Shown in pieces: positions 1-13,400 of a stretch of DNA of 64,000 nucleotides. Where the stretch lies: NCBI RefSeq assembly GCF_001194135.2, contig NC_068981.1, forward strand, positions 130,079,734-130,143,733, given 5' to 3'. Within the stretch, counting starts at the first letter, position 1. Each line of letters opens with the position of its first letter. A program made the translations under genes and the position numbers. A model generated the notes under the pieces. It did no database searches. It was given only the letters and a program-made list of their open reading frames with translations, and was not told the origin of the DNA. The stretch is from Octopus bimaculoides (taxonomy: Eukaryota).

Positions 1-2089
1 AAAAAAAAAAAAAAAAAAAAAATGACACATTATTAGATAATGTAGTCTGAATTAAGCTCTACTTGAAAAGCTGGGATGGTCATGGCTAGGAAGCCTTTGA
101 TTAAGTGGTTAACCTATAGTTACACAGTAACATCAGCACCACCATCATCAACAACACAAGACTACAAATCATGAAACTTTTTTTTTTTTAGTGTCTAGAA
201 AATATCAATTTAAAACAACATTGTGTTTATTTCAGTAGGGGGGAGTGACCAATGTTAACCAACAAAATAGATCAGTAATATTACTAAAACCCAATAGTTA
301 ATTAGAAAATACAGGCAGAGATATTTCCTCTCCTCAGCTACTTCTAACAATTTATCAAATCTCATAACAATGCTTCTAATATGTTAAAGTACATGTATAA
401 CTGAAACCACCCCTTCTAATACTATCCCTAACAACTCAAAACTCACACTGTCCCTAAAAGCAACTAATTGATTAACTATCCTCTTATTCTAGCTACCTAC
501 TATGAAAATGTAAAATTGAAAGTGTAAAACAAGACAAAGGAGAGAAGGCAAGAAAGGAGAGAGGAAGAACTATTTATTAGTAAACAATTTTTTTTAAACA
601 CTGAGATATTGGTCACTCAGCCAGCTGAAAAACAAATCACAGTCACACGACATGATCTTAAAAACTCATTTGAGCAATATAGTTCTCAATATGCAAATGA
701 TATTTTCATAGTCAGAACACCATTAGTTTTATAGGACAACTTATCTGGAAATACACAGCAACAACAAAGTTTACTTCAAACCGGCAAGGGACAGCCTTGA
801 CATGGACAATTGACCAGCTAGATATAGCAGCCAAATTTCAACTTCCATCCTAAGATTTTAGGGAAAGACATTAGAAAATGTAGTCCTCTATACACACACA
901 CACAAACAGATGACATAATGTAATGTTATCCTTATTGCAATGACTAGCAGAAAACTGTGCTCCTGTCATTTTTCCTATTAATAAAGATGACATAGAATTC
1001 AGCTTAAATTTACAAGAGAAAAATTCATTAAAATTCCAGGTACACTATAATGACTTCTGCTCTTTTATTTACTATGTGTTGATTATTTATGAAATGAATA
1101 GTCAATACTGTTATAGACTATTTTGTTCAACCTGCTAAACATTAGACTCATTCTGCCTTAGACTTGTCCAAAAAAAAAAAAAAAAAAAAAGTTTACTGTA
1201 AGATGGATGTGAGACTAATTTTGTAGTGGAGTGAGTAGTAACAAATTTATTTAGGTACATATTACTGTTACTATTTTATCAACTCTGGACTGATGAAAAA
1301 AAAAAGTTACTAGATACAGTAGAGAATTTAATATTATACTAACATCCACTATTACTCTCCAACCCCTCATTATTTTGATAATGTGTACAGATATTATGAA
1401 AATAAAGAGCTTGAAATCTCAGTATCTGACACAAACATTTTCCTCTCGTATGACCAAAGTGCTAAATTGGATGCTAAGTCTTTTTGACCGGCTGACTCAT
1501 GATACACAAGTTACAAACAAAAGCTGTAACTTATGTCAGCTGGTTTTATGGAAAGGACTTTTAGTCCAAATGATACTGCTGTCTTAACAGTCACAAAGCT
1601 TCATAATTAAAGGGGCATGAAAATAAGCCTCTGTAGTATTCATGATATTCTCAATGAAAAATTAGTATTTGTATTAATCAGAATACTTAACATCAGCATC
1701 TGATTTTGTGGACGAAAAACAACCTGGTTAGTCTGATTATCACATGACTACTGCAAATGCCGGCTACCTATTCTACAGTCAGGTGAACCAAAACATGTAA
1801 ATTTAAGTTTCTTGTCTAGAGACATAGCAAATCTCTGGCAGTCTCATACAATTTCATAACTTGTGAGTTGTAATAAAATAGCTACATGAACATTCTTAAC
1901 AGTGTTAATGATCTAAATGCAGTGGAAACTACATTTGGGAATCAAAACAAATGACAATATCTTCTCACTGTACAATATTTACTTTATCTAAAAAGTTAAA
2001 ACAAATACCAACAATATTCCCTACACCTGAAAAGTAATTTCCTTTAAATGCATAGAAAAAGACAAAGGAAAAATAATTTAATTTCTCAC

Positions 2090-2129
2090 CTGCAAACCAG
2101 TAAGATGCATCAAATTCAGAAATTGGCAT
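2090..2129 (-). CDS. Candidate short coding exon segment MPISEFDASYWFA(G), within a putative exon 2090-2226
   Basis: Strong acceptor (ttctttttctctctcAG, AG at 2228-2227) and donor GCAG|gtgag at 2089. ATG has A at -3; phase-1 end. An upstream ATG in another frame gives 29 codons in phase 0, so the frame is ambiguous. No homologue recognised. Confidence 0.35.
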
Positions 2130-2594
2130 GATGGAAACTGTTTGCTATGAACAAAGTAACTAAAGCTTGGCGACATAACTACCTCAAATTTATACTTATG
2201 CTATCTGTTTAAATGGTTGCTATCAGCTGAGAGAGAAAAAGAAAGAGAGAGTGAAAGAGAAAACATAAGATAGTAGTTGATCAACTCAAAACTGTACATC
2301 TACAAGTGTATTCATGTTACAGGAGAACCAGTTGTGAGAAGGTACTTAAGATAAGATGGTTTGCTTTATCAGAACAGCAGTGTGCTTGGGATTCTACAGA
2401 GAATATTCTGTTAAACTGACCAAATTAAATACATTAATCTTATTCTAAATCTTTTTTTTTTTTTAACTATTTAATTTTTTCCTAGGACTTAATACAAAGG
2501 ACTGAAAACGTTTATAAGACATTAATTAGGACAGACTGAAATTTTAGATTTACCTGTATTACATTCTTGGCAACCATTAATTCTCACTCAACTT

Positions 2595-2890
2595 TAACCC
2601 TTTTGATACCAACCCACCTGAAGCTGTCTTGGGTCCTACGATACATAGTTCTTGTTTTAAAATTACTTTAAAACTTTCCATAAGACTTTCATGTTAATTT
2701 ATCTTTCAAACACTAGTTTACTAATGACAAAGTTATTTTAATAAATTCTTTATTATTTTCCGAACTAATTGAAACAAAGACTGTATTTCAAAAGAAATAT
2801 AGCAAAAAAAACAAAAAAAAAAAACACGCACACGCGCACAAAAAATACAGTGTTAATTATAATTTGTCTCTGTACAGTAAAACAGGTTGT
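2595..2890. mobile_element. TTAA-flanked MITE fragment (ttaacccttttgatacc family)
   Basis: Starts ttaacccttttgataccaacccacctg. Related copies at about 15450-15680, 16668-16895 and 41760-41995. Right end degenerate. Confidence 0.6.
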
Positions 2891-3279
2891 TTCCCAGCCA
2901 AACTATAGAGATGTTGGAGAAGTATCAACTCATTCAAGCAGAAAATATCATTTAGTTCAACAAAGTTCTCATTGAAGGAAACTAAACTTCTATCATACCT
3001 AACCAATGGAATATTTTTCTCAGAAATTCGGAAACAGAATCAGTTTTAGAAAAAGTACAATGGTAGAAGTGGAATAGAGAAAACTGAATATTTTCTTTTT
3101 TACAGTTTATACTCCTATTTTTAATAGAATGTTTTCATTAAGAGGAAAATTCAAGAATAAAAATATCTTATTATTTATGCAATTCTGAGAATTTATGGAT
3201 TCCTTCTACCTTACGCTGTCAAAATTTGAAAAAATATAAAATATTAGACTACCTGTGACCTATTGGGTCAACAATAGTT

Positions 3280-3845
3280 CAAGGTACCCGAAAAAACCAT
3301 TTGTCTCAGGAACCCATGGTCTGATTTACACAAAACTTGCTTTATTCCGTTTGCACTCACATTTCAATGGTACCTTACTTTCAGAGTATTTTCTCATTAT
3401 GCGCTAGTTTGGCTGTATTAAATTACATTTAAGCATGCAAGCAGGAAATCATAAAGGTACCTGAAAAAACTATATCTTGGGAACCCATTTCAGGGACACC
3501 TTACTTTCAGAGTATCTTCCCAATATGTGCTAGTTTGGCAGTATTAAAAAATAGACAAACACACATGCAAGCAAGCACGCAGACAAAACTATCCAAGTAT
3601 TCACAGTAAAGGGCACTAACTCCAGGTTTCTCTGTTTAAATTTGTAGAAACAAATCCCAAAAAACCATGTATCTCAGGAATCCATGGTCTGATTTATGCG
3701 AAACTTGTTCAATTATGTTTGTATTCACATTTCAGGGGTACCTTACTTTCAGAGTATTTTCCCATTATGTGCCAGTTTGGCTTCTTAAACTACAGACAAG
3801 CACACAAGTAAGCAAGCACACAATCACAGACTTTTAGTATTATAT
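3280..3845. repeat. Three diverged direct copies of a roughly 150-190 bp unit
   Basis: The motif accttactttcagagtat...tagtttgg recurs at about 3372, 3498 and 3740, each preceded by aaaaacca/cta...ggaa(c/t)ccat. Confidence 0.75.
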
Positions 3846-4194
3846 TGATTAAAACAATAAGCATAACATTTTGAATACATTTTTTAATGCATCAATAGAA
3901 ACCACAGGGTAGTTTTGGTTAAATACTTCAACATAAATTTCAGTTAAGTTATATTTCAAATTATCCCTTGTTTAAGGGAAAAGATATATAAAAAAAAAAA
4001 GTTTCTAAGGAAAACAAATGAGATTGTTTGATAGTCATGCCATTCTCAAAAGTATCTGCAAAACAAATTCAGAATCAAAATAAAATAAATTTATATACTC
4101 ATAAAAATGAAAATATCAGAAATTAAGAATAAGCTACTTTCTGCAGGACACAACATTAATCAACATTTTTCTGAGAAATGCTTCTAGCAAATGT

Positions 4195-4985
4195 ACAAAG
4201 ACTAAAATTTGGGGGAGAGAGGATTATTGGAAACACTGACCCAGTTCTTGACTGGTACTTCGTTTTGCTGATTCTCAAAGAATGAAACAAAGTTGACCTC
4301 AGCAAAATTTGAACTCAGAATTTTAAAAAAGTAGAACAAATATCACAAAGTATTTTCCTGCAGTTCTAATGATTCAGGCATGACTTCTTATATTAGAATA
4401 AGACCAGATATTTTTAAAATCTAGCCCTAGTTTGGTATTTCATTTTACAGATGGTGTAAAACAAAGTTGGCTCTGATAAGATTTGAACACAAAATAACTA
4501 AAATCACTAAGTATTTTGTTCACTGCCCCATTGATTCTGCCACACACTCACCATAGGTGTCTTTTTAGTAATAATTGCTTTCTAATTTAGGTACAAAGCC
4601 AACAGTTTTGATGGAGTGGGTTAGTTGATTACATTGACCCAAGTACTTGACTAGTACCTAATTTTATTGAAGCTGAAACAATAAAAAGGTGGAATTGACT
4701 TTTGCAGAATTTGAACTCGAGACACTAGAGTTGTAACTAAATACCTCAAGGCATTTTGTCCAATACTCTACCAATTCTGCCAATCCACTGCCTATGAATA
4801 AATAGTTGTTCCTAATTTAGGCACAAGGCCAGCAATTTTGCAGGGAGGCATCTAATTGGTTATATTAACTCCAGTACTTGACTGGTACTTTATTTTATTG
4901 ACCCTGAAAGAATGAAAGGCAAAGTTGGCCTTGGCAGGATTTGAACTTGCAATGTAAAGAGCTGTGACTAAATACTGTAGATGTG
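4195..4985 (-). mobile_element. Head-to-tail cluster of about 4 decayed tRNA-SINE copies (family B)
   Basis: Repeated gaccccagtacttgactggtact...aagttgacct...gaatttgaactc blocks. The reverse complement contains a B-box-like GAGTTCAAATTC. Confidence 0.75.
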
Positions 4986-5140
4986 GTTGCATTAAGAAGC
5001 TTGTTTCCAGTCACTTGGTTCCAGGTTCAGTCCCTCTGCAAGACATCTTGAGAAAATGTCTTCTACTATAGCCGTGGGTTGACCAAAGCCTTGTGAGCAG
5101 ATTTGGTAGACAGAAACTGAAAAAAGTCTGTTGTGTGTGT
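4982..5140 (+). mobile_element. tRNA-derived SINE family A, 5' part
   Basis: aagaagcttg...ggttcagtccc...gtcttctactatagcc...aaagccttgtgag...ggtagacagaaactgaaa matches more than 10 other copies in the window. Confidence 0.8.
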
Positions 5141-8100
5141 GTCTCCTTGTCTCAATATCACGAGATTGTTGTAAATGAGTGTCTCTGTTATACAAGCAGT
5201 GTCTTATTTCCAATCTTCCACGAAAACATGCCCAGCTATGAGGAAATATTACCTTATTTGGAAACCGGTGAGGATTGGGGGTTAAGAAGGGCATCAGGCT
5301 ATAAAATATCTGCTTCAACAAATTCTATCTGACCCAAGAAAGGTTGGAAAAGTGGACATTAAAATGATGATGATAATTTTGCTTGAAATTTATGTATTTT
5401 GCCTATTCACTGACCTTCATTTCTTTATAATAATGATTTCCTATAACATATACAAAACCACAGATTTGCAGAGGTGGAATATAATCAGCTGAATAAACTA
5501 TAACATGCTAGTCATAGTGATTTTGGAAGATTGAAAAGCTAAATGAACACCAGCTAGGGTATCATCCATGAAGATTAGCAATGGAGAATGAATTACTGAA
5601 AATGCAATTCTCTATTAAAAATGAATGGTGTAGTTGTGTGTGTGAGTTGTTCAATATACATAGTAATGAAATTAACCTTCCTCATTCAATAAGTTTTGTG
5701 ATATCTGATGTGATTGGTTTCAGAATTTGGTACAAGGCCAGCAAGTTTGGGGGAGGGGGTAAGTTGATTATATCGACACCAGTCCTCAACTGGTACTGAT
5801 TTTATCAACCCCAAAAAGATGAAAGGCTGAGTTGACCTTGGCAGAATTTGAACTCGGAACTAGAGACAGAGGAAATTCCACTAAGCATTTTGCCTGGCAT
5901 GCTCATGATTTAGCCTACTTACTGCCTTAATACATTATGATATTGTAATATTTTTACATACATAACCAGAGGCCTGTCTTTGGCTATCTTCAAGTAAACT
6001 TTGAACTCAGAAATATGTAAATAAATACTGTCATTTCTGCTAAACTACCATCCTAAAATTGTTATCAATTTACAACACACATACACACAGCCCTAGACAT
6101 TGCTAGCAAGAAAGAGAATTTTACTTTTTACTTGTTTCTGTCACTGTACTGGCCATGCTGGGGTGCTACCTTGAAAGGTCTTAGTCAAACAAAGCACCCC
6201 CAAGATTTACTTTTATTTTTCTGTATTTATTCTATTGGTTTCTTTTGCTGAATGCTAAGTTACAAGGATGTAAACAAACCAACACTGATTGTCAGGCAGT
6301 GGAATGGACAGACACAAACACACAAATATACGACAAGCTTGGTTTTCAGTTTTGATTGACCAAACCAACTTAAAAAGCTGTGGTTTGCCTGGGGTTGTAG
6401 TGGAAGACAGCCATGATTCTAGTTCCTTCCCTCCCAGAATATCGATCCCCTGGAATTTCCTCCCTGCTCTTGTTTTTAACGCAGGCATTGATTTTACAGA
6501 TGATTAAGTCAAACATCAACTACATAAATATCACCAGTCTGCAAAGATCATGGGACTAGCCACCGGTTACCTGACTTAATCATTAAAAAAATATAACACA
6601 AAGTATATTCAAATACCATAGAAACTTTCAAATTGAAAATCTTAACTCCATTTTTGCATGCAGACACACCCATCCATTCGCAAACTTCAAACATAACTAA
6701 AGCTTGGCTTTTATTATAATGGAAGGACCAAAGAGAGGTTTTGGGCAGAAATAGTTGAGTAACAGGCAAAATACCTAGCCACATTTAATAACAACCCTTT
6801 ATATTCTAAGTTCAAATCCCTTTGAGGTCAACTTTCACTTTCATTCTTCCAAGATTGGTAAAATAAGTACAATTACTGGAGTTCATATCCTTGACAACTA
6901 GCACCGCCATCAAAATTCGATTCCTTATGCCTATGTTAGAAACCATAATCAGGAATGTATCAAATTGTTTCACCAAGTCCAGCAGTTTAATGAATGAACT
7001 ACTTTCACTCATGACATAAGAACCACATGTTCCTTGACAAAATGATTAGCCCATTTGGCTCAAATAAAAACTGACTGTTTTTTAACCCAGACCAGTCTTG
7101 ATCAAGCCATGATCATCCTATCTCTTGTTTAGCCTACCTAATATATCTAAGATTAGATTATACAATCTATTCTTCTTTCTTTCTTTAAGAGAGTTGGGTG
7201 GGAATAAATGAAATTTTAATACTGAGTAGTATGAAGGAATCATACTGTGGTTGAGCAACCAAAGTATGATTCCCTCATTGGTTTGTATATCAGATACTGA
7301 CAGATACAAAAATTAGATACTAAATTGAAAACAATGAAATAAGATAATCAACTTCTATGGATCTTTGTTCTCAGTCCTATTCCTGCCTTAGCTAATAGAG
7401 TTGGATAAAATAAAAACTGTTAACTCATATTCCCAACATTATCTTCCATTTCCATTAGAAGTTGTCTGTAACATAAGAGAAACTATTTCAGTCTATTTTT
7501 ACTAGTGTTAACAGCTTGATAGATGACAATTGTCACTCAACCATCACAAGGTCCCTTTCTTGTTGTAGTGTGGTGGTTTGTGAGTTTCAGTGACCCTGAA
7601 AGCTACACCATCAGAGCTCAAGCTGTTGATGGGGCCTCCTTTGATGAAAAATGCCCAGAGCCGAGAAAAGGGGAGAAAAGTTGTTGATGGTCTATGTTCC
7701 ATAGGAAGTAAAGTGCTTAAGTAAGTCAATGTTAACTGGGAAATAAAGTATACTGTTGGTCAAAATGTTGCAGGAAAAAGTATAACTGCATAAATTACTT
7801 CTAACAATAATTCAATAAACCACTCTGATAGGAAATAACAATGCCATTCTTGCTGTGGCAATCTAGTCAATATATTTTTAATGTGTAAAGAATATTACAA
7901 TGCATTTGAAATGTATAGCAATATCAATATATATTCTTTTACTTGTTGCAGTCATTAGACTGCAGACATCCGAGGGCACCATTTTGAAGGGTCTTTAGTT
8001 GATATAATCAGCTCAAGTACTTATTTTTAAATCTGTTACTACTTTTAACAATTTCTATTTATTGTACAACTAAGTAACAGGACATAAGAAGAGAAAGGAT

Positions 8101-8305
8101 ATACACCTCTTTCTTTTTCTCAAGTGGTTTCAAAGATACACAAACACATACACACATTGTAGGCTTCTGCACAGGTTTCCATCTACTAATTTTGCATTTC
8201 ACTCAGAAGGTATTAGTTTTCTCATGGTAACAATAGAGGACAGTTGCTCATGGTGTCATGCAGTTGGACTGAGCCTGAGATCTTCTAGTTGTGAAGTGAA
8301 CATCT

Positions 8306-8523
8306 TTACCCTTAAGCATTTAATGTGGCTGTATCCAGCCCAAATATTGTATCTGTTTTATGTTAAAACTGATCAGATCCAATCTCTCAGACCTACCCTA
8401 TAATGTCATTCTAAAAATATACAAGCAGATAATGAAGCTACCAGATAATGTGTGACTAATTCAAAACAATGTGAATAAATAAGCAGTACATTTGACAAAG
8501 AAATCTGAATGCTAAAGGGTTAA
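8306..8523. mobile_element. TTAA-flanked piggyBac-like MITE (ccctttagcatt family)
   Basis: ttacccttaagcatt ... gaatgctaaagggttaa inverted ends. Related copies at about 41988-42208, 53660-53875, 55850-56062 and 62025-62225. Confidence 0.7.
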
Positions 8524-8881
8524 CCATACCTATTCCTGTATATACGATATATGAAGTATTAGAATTACCTTCCTCCCACACTTTTCTAATTTTTAATTTA
8601 TTTAGAAGAATTTTCTGTATTTTCCACAGATTTCTGTGTTTTAAACGTTAGAGATTACTATCATCATCATTTAATGTCCACTTTTCCATGTTCACTTGGA
8701 TCAGACGAAATTTGTTGAAGCAGATTGTATTGTCTACAGCCAGACACCATTCCTCACCAACTTTCCCCTGTTTCCAAATAAGGTAATATTTCCCAGACAT
8801 GTCACATGTTTCAGAAGATTGGAAATGATACTGCTTGCATGACAGTGACACATCTATCATGTTATGTCAGGGCAAGGAGAC

Positions 8882-8920
<39 letters not shown>

Positions 8921-9194
8921 AAGACAAGTTATAGATAATGGTCATTACATATTTGTAATGATCAATTATTTTTCACTTGTCTTATATATCCAGTTTGTCT
9001 GGAGTGCATCCCCGGATTTACAATATAGAATTATGATAAACCATAACCTTGGATCCTCCCATAAGAATTGGAGTTCTTCACTAATCTAAACAGTATTGTT
9101 AGCCTGGTGTGTCAAAAGAGAGCTTATGAAGTAGTTTACTCAGATTGATAATCCCTCACTATCAGCTCTCTCTCTCTTGTTCTCTCACTGCATG

Positions 9195-10332
9195 TCATCA
9201 TCATCATTTAACGTCAGTTGTCCATGCTGGCATAGGTTGGGCAGTTTGACCAGGGCTGGCAAGCTGGAAGGCTGCATCAGACTCCAGTCTGATTTGGCAT
9301 GGTTTCTACAGTTGGATGCCCTTCCTAATGCCAACCATTCCAAGAGTGTAATGGGTGCTTTTGCATGCCACCAGCATGAGTGCCATTTGTGTAACACTGG
9401 TATCTGTCACAACTGTGATTTTGCTTGGCTTGATGGGTCTTCATCTCAAGCACAACATACTGCCAAAGGTCTTGGTTATTGCCTGCATGAAGCCCAACAC
9501 TTGAAAGAATCTCAGCCACTTTACCTCTGTGAAGTCCAACGCTAGAAAAGAGTGCAGCCACTTTGCCTCCATGAAGTCCAATGCTCAAAAGGTGTTTTTT
9601 TACATGCCACCAGCATGGGTACCAGTTACATGACACCATCATCAGCCATGATTATGATTTGACTTGACTTGACAAGTCTTATCAAGCACAGCATATTGCC
9701 AAATGTCTCAGTTGCTAGTCATTGCCTCTGTGAGGCTCAAAGTTTGAAGATCATGCTTCACTACCTTGTCCCATGTCTTCCTGGGTTTACCTCTACCACA
9801 GGTTCCCTCCACAGAATTTGGTACTTCTTTACATAGCTGTCTTTGTCTATACACATCACATTACCATACCAGCGCAGTTGTCTCTCTCACACACCACATC
9901 TGATGCTTCTTATGCCCAACTTTTCTCTCAAGATGCTTACACTCTGTTGAACATGCACACTGACATTGCACATTCAGCGAAGCATACTGGCTTCATTTCT
10001 TTCAAAGCCTACACATGTCCTTGGCTGTCACAGCCCATGTTTCACGGCCATGTAGCATAGCTGTTTGTACACAGGCATCATAAAATCTACCTTTCACTCT
10101 GAAGAAGCCTTTTGTTGCCAGCAGAAGTAGGGGCTCTCTGGACTTTGCCCAGCCTAATCTTATTCTCACAGGTACACTCTCAGAGCATCCTCCTCCGCTA
10201 CTAACTTGGTCACCTAGAAAATGGAAGTTATCTACTACCTCTAGCTTATCCCCCTGGCAGTTGATGGAGTCTATTTTCTGTACATTTTTGGTGTTTACTG
10301 TACCTGTGCATCTTCCACATACAAAAGCACAT
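9195..10332 (-). mobile_element. 5'-truncated RTE-clade (RTE-X-like) LINE: degenerate C-terminal ORF, 3' UTR and (TGA)n tail
   Basis: Translation FVCGRC...KLEVVDNFHFLGDQVSSGGG...YDACVQTAMLHGRETWAV, then across frameshifts and stops LREKLGIRSIRCGVRERQLRWYG and GRGKPRKTWDKVVKHDL. These are typical RTE post-RT motifs. Confidence 0.88.
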
Positions 10333-10334
<2 letters not shown>

Positions 10335-10366
<32 letters not shown>

Positions 10367-10523
10367 CAGGCTTCTTTCAGTTTCTGTCTACCAGATCCAC
10401 TCACAAGGCTTTGGTCAGCCTGAGGCAGTAGAAGATGACACTTGCCTAAGGTGCCAAACAGTGGAACTGAACCTGGAACCATATGGTTGAGAAGCAAGCT
10501 TCTTACCACACAGCCACACCTGT
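10335..10523 (-). mobile_element. SINE family A copy with (TG)n tail abutting the RTE remnant
   Basis: Reverse complement reads caggtgtggctgtgtggtaagaagcttgc...ggttcagttcc...gcaccttaggcaagtgtc. Confidence 0.85.
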
Positions 10524-10854
10524 AAAACATGACAGAGCAAGCAACAAAATACAAATTCTGTTGATGACAAACCTATTGTATTAACTCTTCAGAGTTTAAT
10601 AATAAGGACAGGATGACATATTAAATACGTGGGAAGGTGAGGGAAGAGAGAGATTGAGTGAGTGTGTGTGTGTATGCGTGTGCATATGTGTGTGTATTAC
10701 AAACACACAGTTATCTGAGGATGATAACATTCACATAGCAATATGATGCCAGAGGCATATTTTAATCTTACAACATTGACACATCAGCCAATAATACTGC
10801 AGAACAGTGCTTGAAAACAGATTTGAATAGTCAATACCATTTAAGGAAAACAGT

Positions 10855-11585
10855 AACAGCCAATTCTGACAACTCTCAGCACCAGTCAATTCTGTCAGGT
10901 AACACACAACATTAACCAATTCTGCCCCACAACACTAGCCAACTCTGACCCACAACAAACAATGCCAGCCAATTCTGAATCATAACATGCAATACCAGCC
11001 AATTCTGTCCAGCAGCACACAGCATTAGCCAATTTTGCCCCACAATAAACAATGCTAGCTAATTCTGAATTACAACACCAAGTATTTCTGCTCCACAACA
11101 CTAGCCAATTCTGTTCTACAATGCCAACTAATTCTACCCAACAACACACAACACCAGCCAATACTACCCCACAACATGAACCAATTCTGATGTACAACAA
11201 ACAATACCAGCCAATTTTGAATCACAACACACTTTGCCAACCAATTCTGTCCCACAACGTGCACTAGCAACCAATTCTGTTCCACAGCAACAACTAATTC
11301 TGTCCCAAAACATACCAGCCAATTTTGTCCAACAGCACACATCACTAATCTATTTAGTCCCACAAAATCAGTGAATCCTATCAAACAACACAACAGCCAG
11401 TTCTACCCCACCATAACAGCCAATTCTGCCTCAAAACACAATGGCAGCCAATTCTGCCCCACAACAACAATCAATACTGCCCCACAACACACAAGGGCAG
11501 CCAATTTTTCCCCACAACAGCATCCAAATTCTGCTGACAAACCAGTAGCTAATTCTGTCACAAAAACCAATAGCTGCTAATTCTA
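10855..11585. repeat. Degenerate minisatellite, core CAGCCAATT(C/T)TG followed by a CA-rich spacer
   Basis: About 25 recurrences of (c/t)agccaattctg/ctaattctg at roughly 20-35 bp spacing. Confidence 0.9.
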
Positions 11586-12974
11586 AAAACATCTAAGCCT
11601 ATCAAATAACAGTATCAATACAAGTTGCCTGAACCTATGTGAGAACATCTATGCAGTGTGTTGTCCGGCTAGAAACAGCAAGCAAATCACATATAAAAAG
11701 AAGGAAAGATACAGTAGATAATGTAGTCCTAGATATATACAAGAACAAGTTGGTTATTGTTGGGACCCCTTTGACCATTCATAGGCCTGCTAAATCAGCA
11801 GTGATTTACAGTAAAAATAACCCCAAAAACAAACTAACATACAAATTAGTTTTAAAAAATAATTAAATATCTTTTAAAAAAACTATTAAAAGAAAGCAAT
11901 TTAAAATAATAGTAAGTCTTGCACTCAATTAAATGAAATAGTTTACAATAAAAGATCATAGATTTATATTGTTAATGAGATTTGTTGGTTATCAAAGAGA
12001 TAATAGAAGTAGTTTTATCAGAGATAGCTATTAAATGAAAAAGAATCACTTTGTTTTATAAATAAAATAAAATCATTTGATCAAGTGTGTACAGGTAATT
12101 ACCTGATCGTTTTAGCACAGTTAGACAATTATCAATAAAATAACATATATATGTGTGCGTGTATGAATGTATGTTTTATGTCAAGTGGTTGGTGATGAAG
12201 GTGGTGGTTCTTGTTGACTCAGTCTAGCTGAAGATTAAGCTTTAACATATGTGTATATGTGTGCGTATACACGTGTGAGTGCGTATATTTTATGTCAAGT
12301 GTTTTGCGTTGTTGCTACTCAGACTAGTAGAAGATTAAGCTATGACTATAGCAATTCACCAATCCTCAAATTGATTGGAGTGTTGGAGTTGGTACAGAAG
12401 GTGGGAAGGGTGTTCTATGAGGCTGATGCTTTTTCAGTTACCAAATTTGGTGTCTTGTATTTCTGAATTTAAATCATTGGCCTTCACGGGTCATACCTAC
12501 AAGTGTTGGTAATTATGAACCTCCACACACTTCCGTCCTATGCACAACTTGATGCATTATTGGGCCTGTTATTCTGAAGCCAGCTGGTAAGGCCATCTAG
12601 TATCATCTCTCTAACTTCCCTACCTTTTTTTAGTTTTTAGTTTTCCTTAGCTGTCACAGCTCAAAGCTTGAGCTCAGAATTTAAAGAACTAAAATAGACA
12701 CCACAAGACATCTCATCCGATTTTCTTATTTTTCATATAATTAATTATGACTTTCCAGCCCTGTCTGTGTATCTACCATTGGCACAAGGCCAGCAATTCA
12801 GTTAAGTGGGTTGGTCAATTACCTTGACTCCAGTGCTTGACTGGTACCTATTTAACTGGTCCCGCAAGGATGAAAGGCTCAGTCAACCTTGGTGGAATTT
12901 GAATTCATTTTATCTTGAGTACTAACAGTTCTGCCAGCTTGTCACCTTTGATTATTCTAATGTTACTGTTGTTA

Positions 12975-13210
12975 CCTTTCTTGTTTCAGTCATTAGACTG
13001 CGGCCATGCCAAGGCACCAATTTGAAGAATATTTAGTCAAATGAATTGACCTCAGTACTTATTTTTTCTTTTTGTAAAGCCTGGTACTTATCTACCAGTT
13101 TCTTTTGCTGAACCACTAAGTTACAGGGATGTAAAACACACCGACATCAATCGTCAAACAGTGGTGGGGACAAACAAACACACAAAGACAGACACGCACA
13201 TTATATATAT

Positions 13211-13249
<39 letters not shown>

Positions 13250-13400
13250 GGGCTTCTTTCAGTTTCTTCCAACCAAATTCACTCACAAGGCTTTGACCAG
13301 CCCAAGGTTATTGAAGAAAACACTTGCCCAAAGTCCCACATGGTGGGACTGAACCCAGGACCATGTGGTTGGGAAGTAAACTTGATACCACACAGCCACA
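12975..13400 (-). mobile_element. Near full-length SINE family A
   Basis: Head, internal (CA)n and 3' body (cttgtttcagtcattagactgcggccatg) all present. Confidence 0.85.

Noticed and set aside
10895-11580. Several 70-107 aa ORFs on both strands
   Set aside because: By-products of the minisatellite; no splice or start context.
10855-11585. CRISPR-like repeat-spacer appearance
   Set aside because: Repeats are short and degenerate, spacers are mutually similar, there are no cas genes and the context is eukaryotic.
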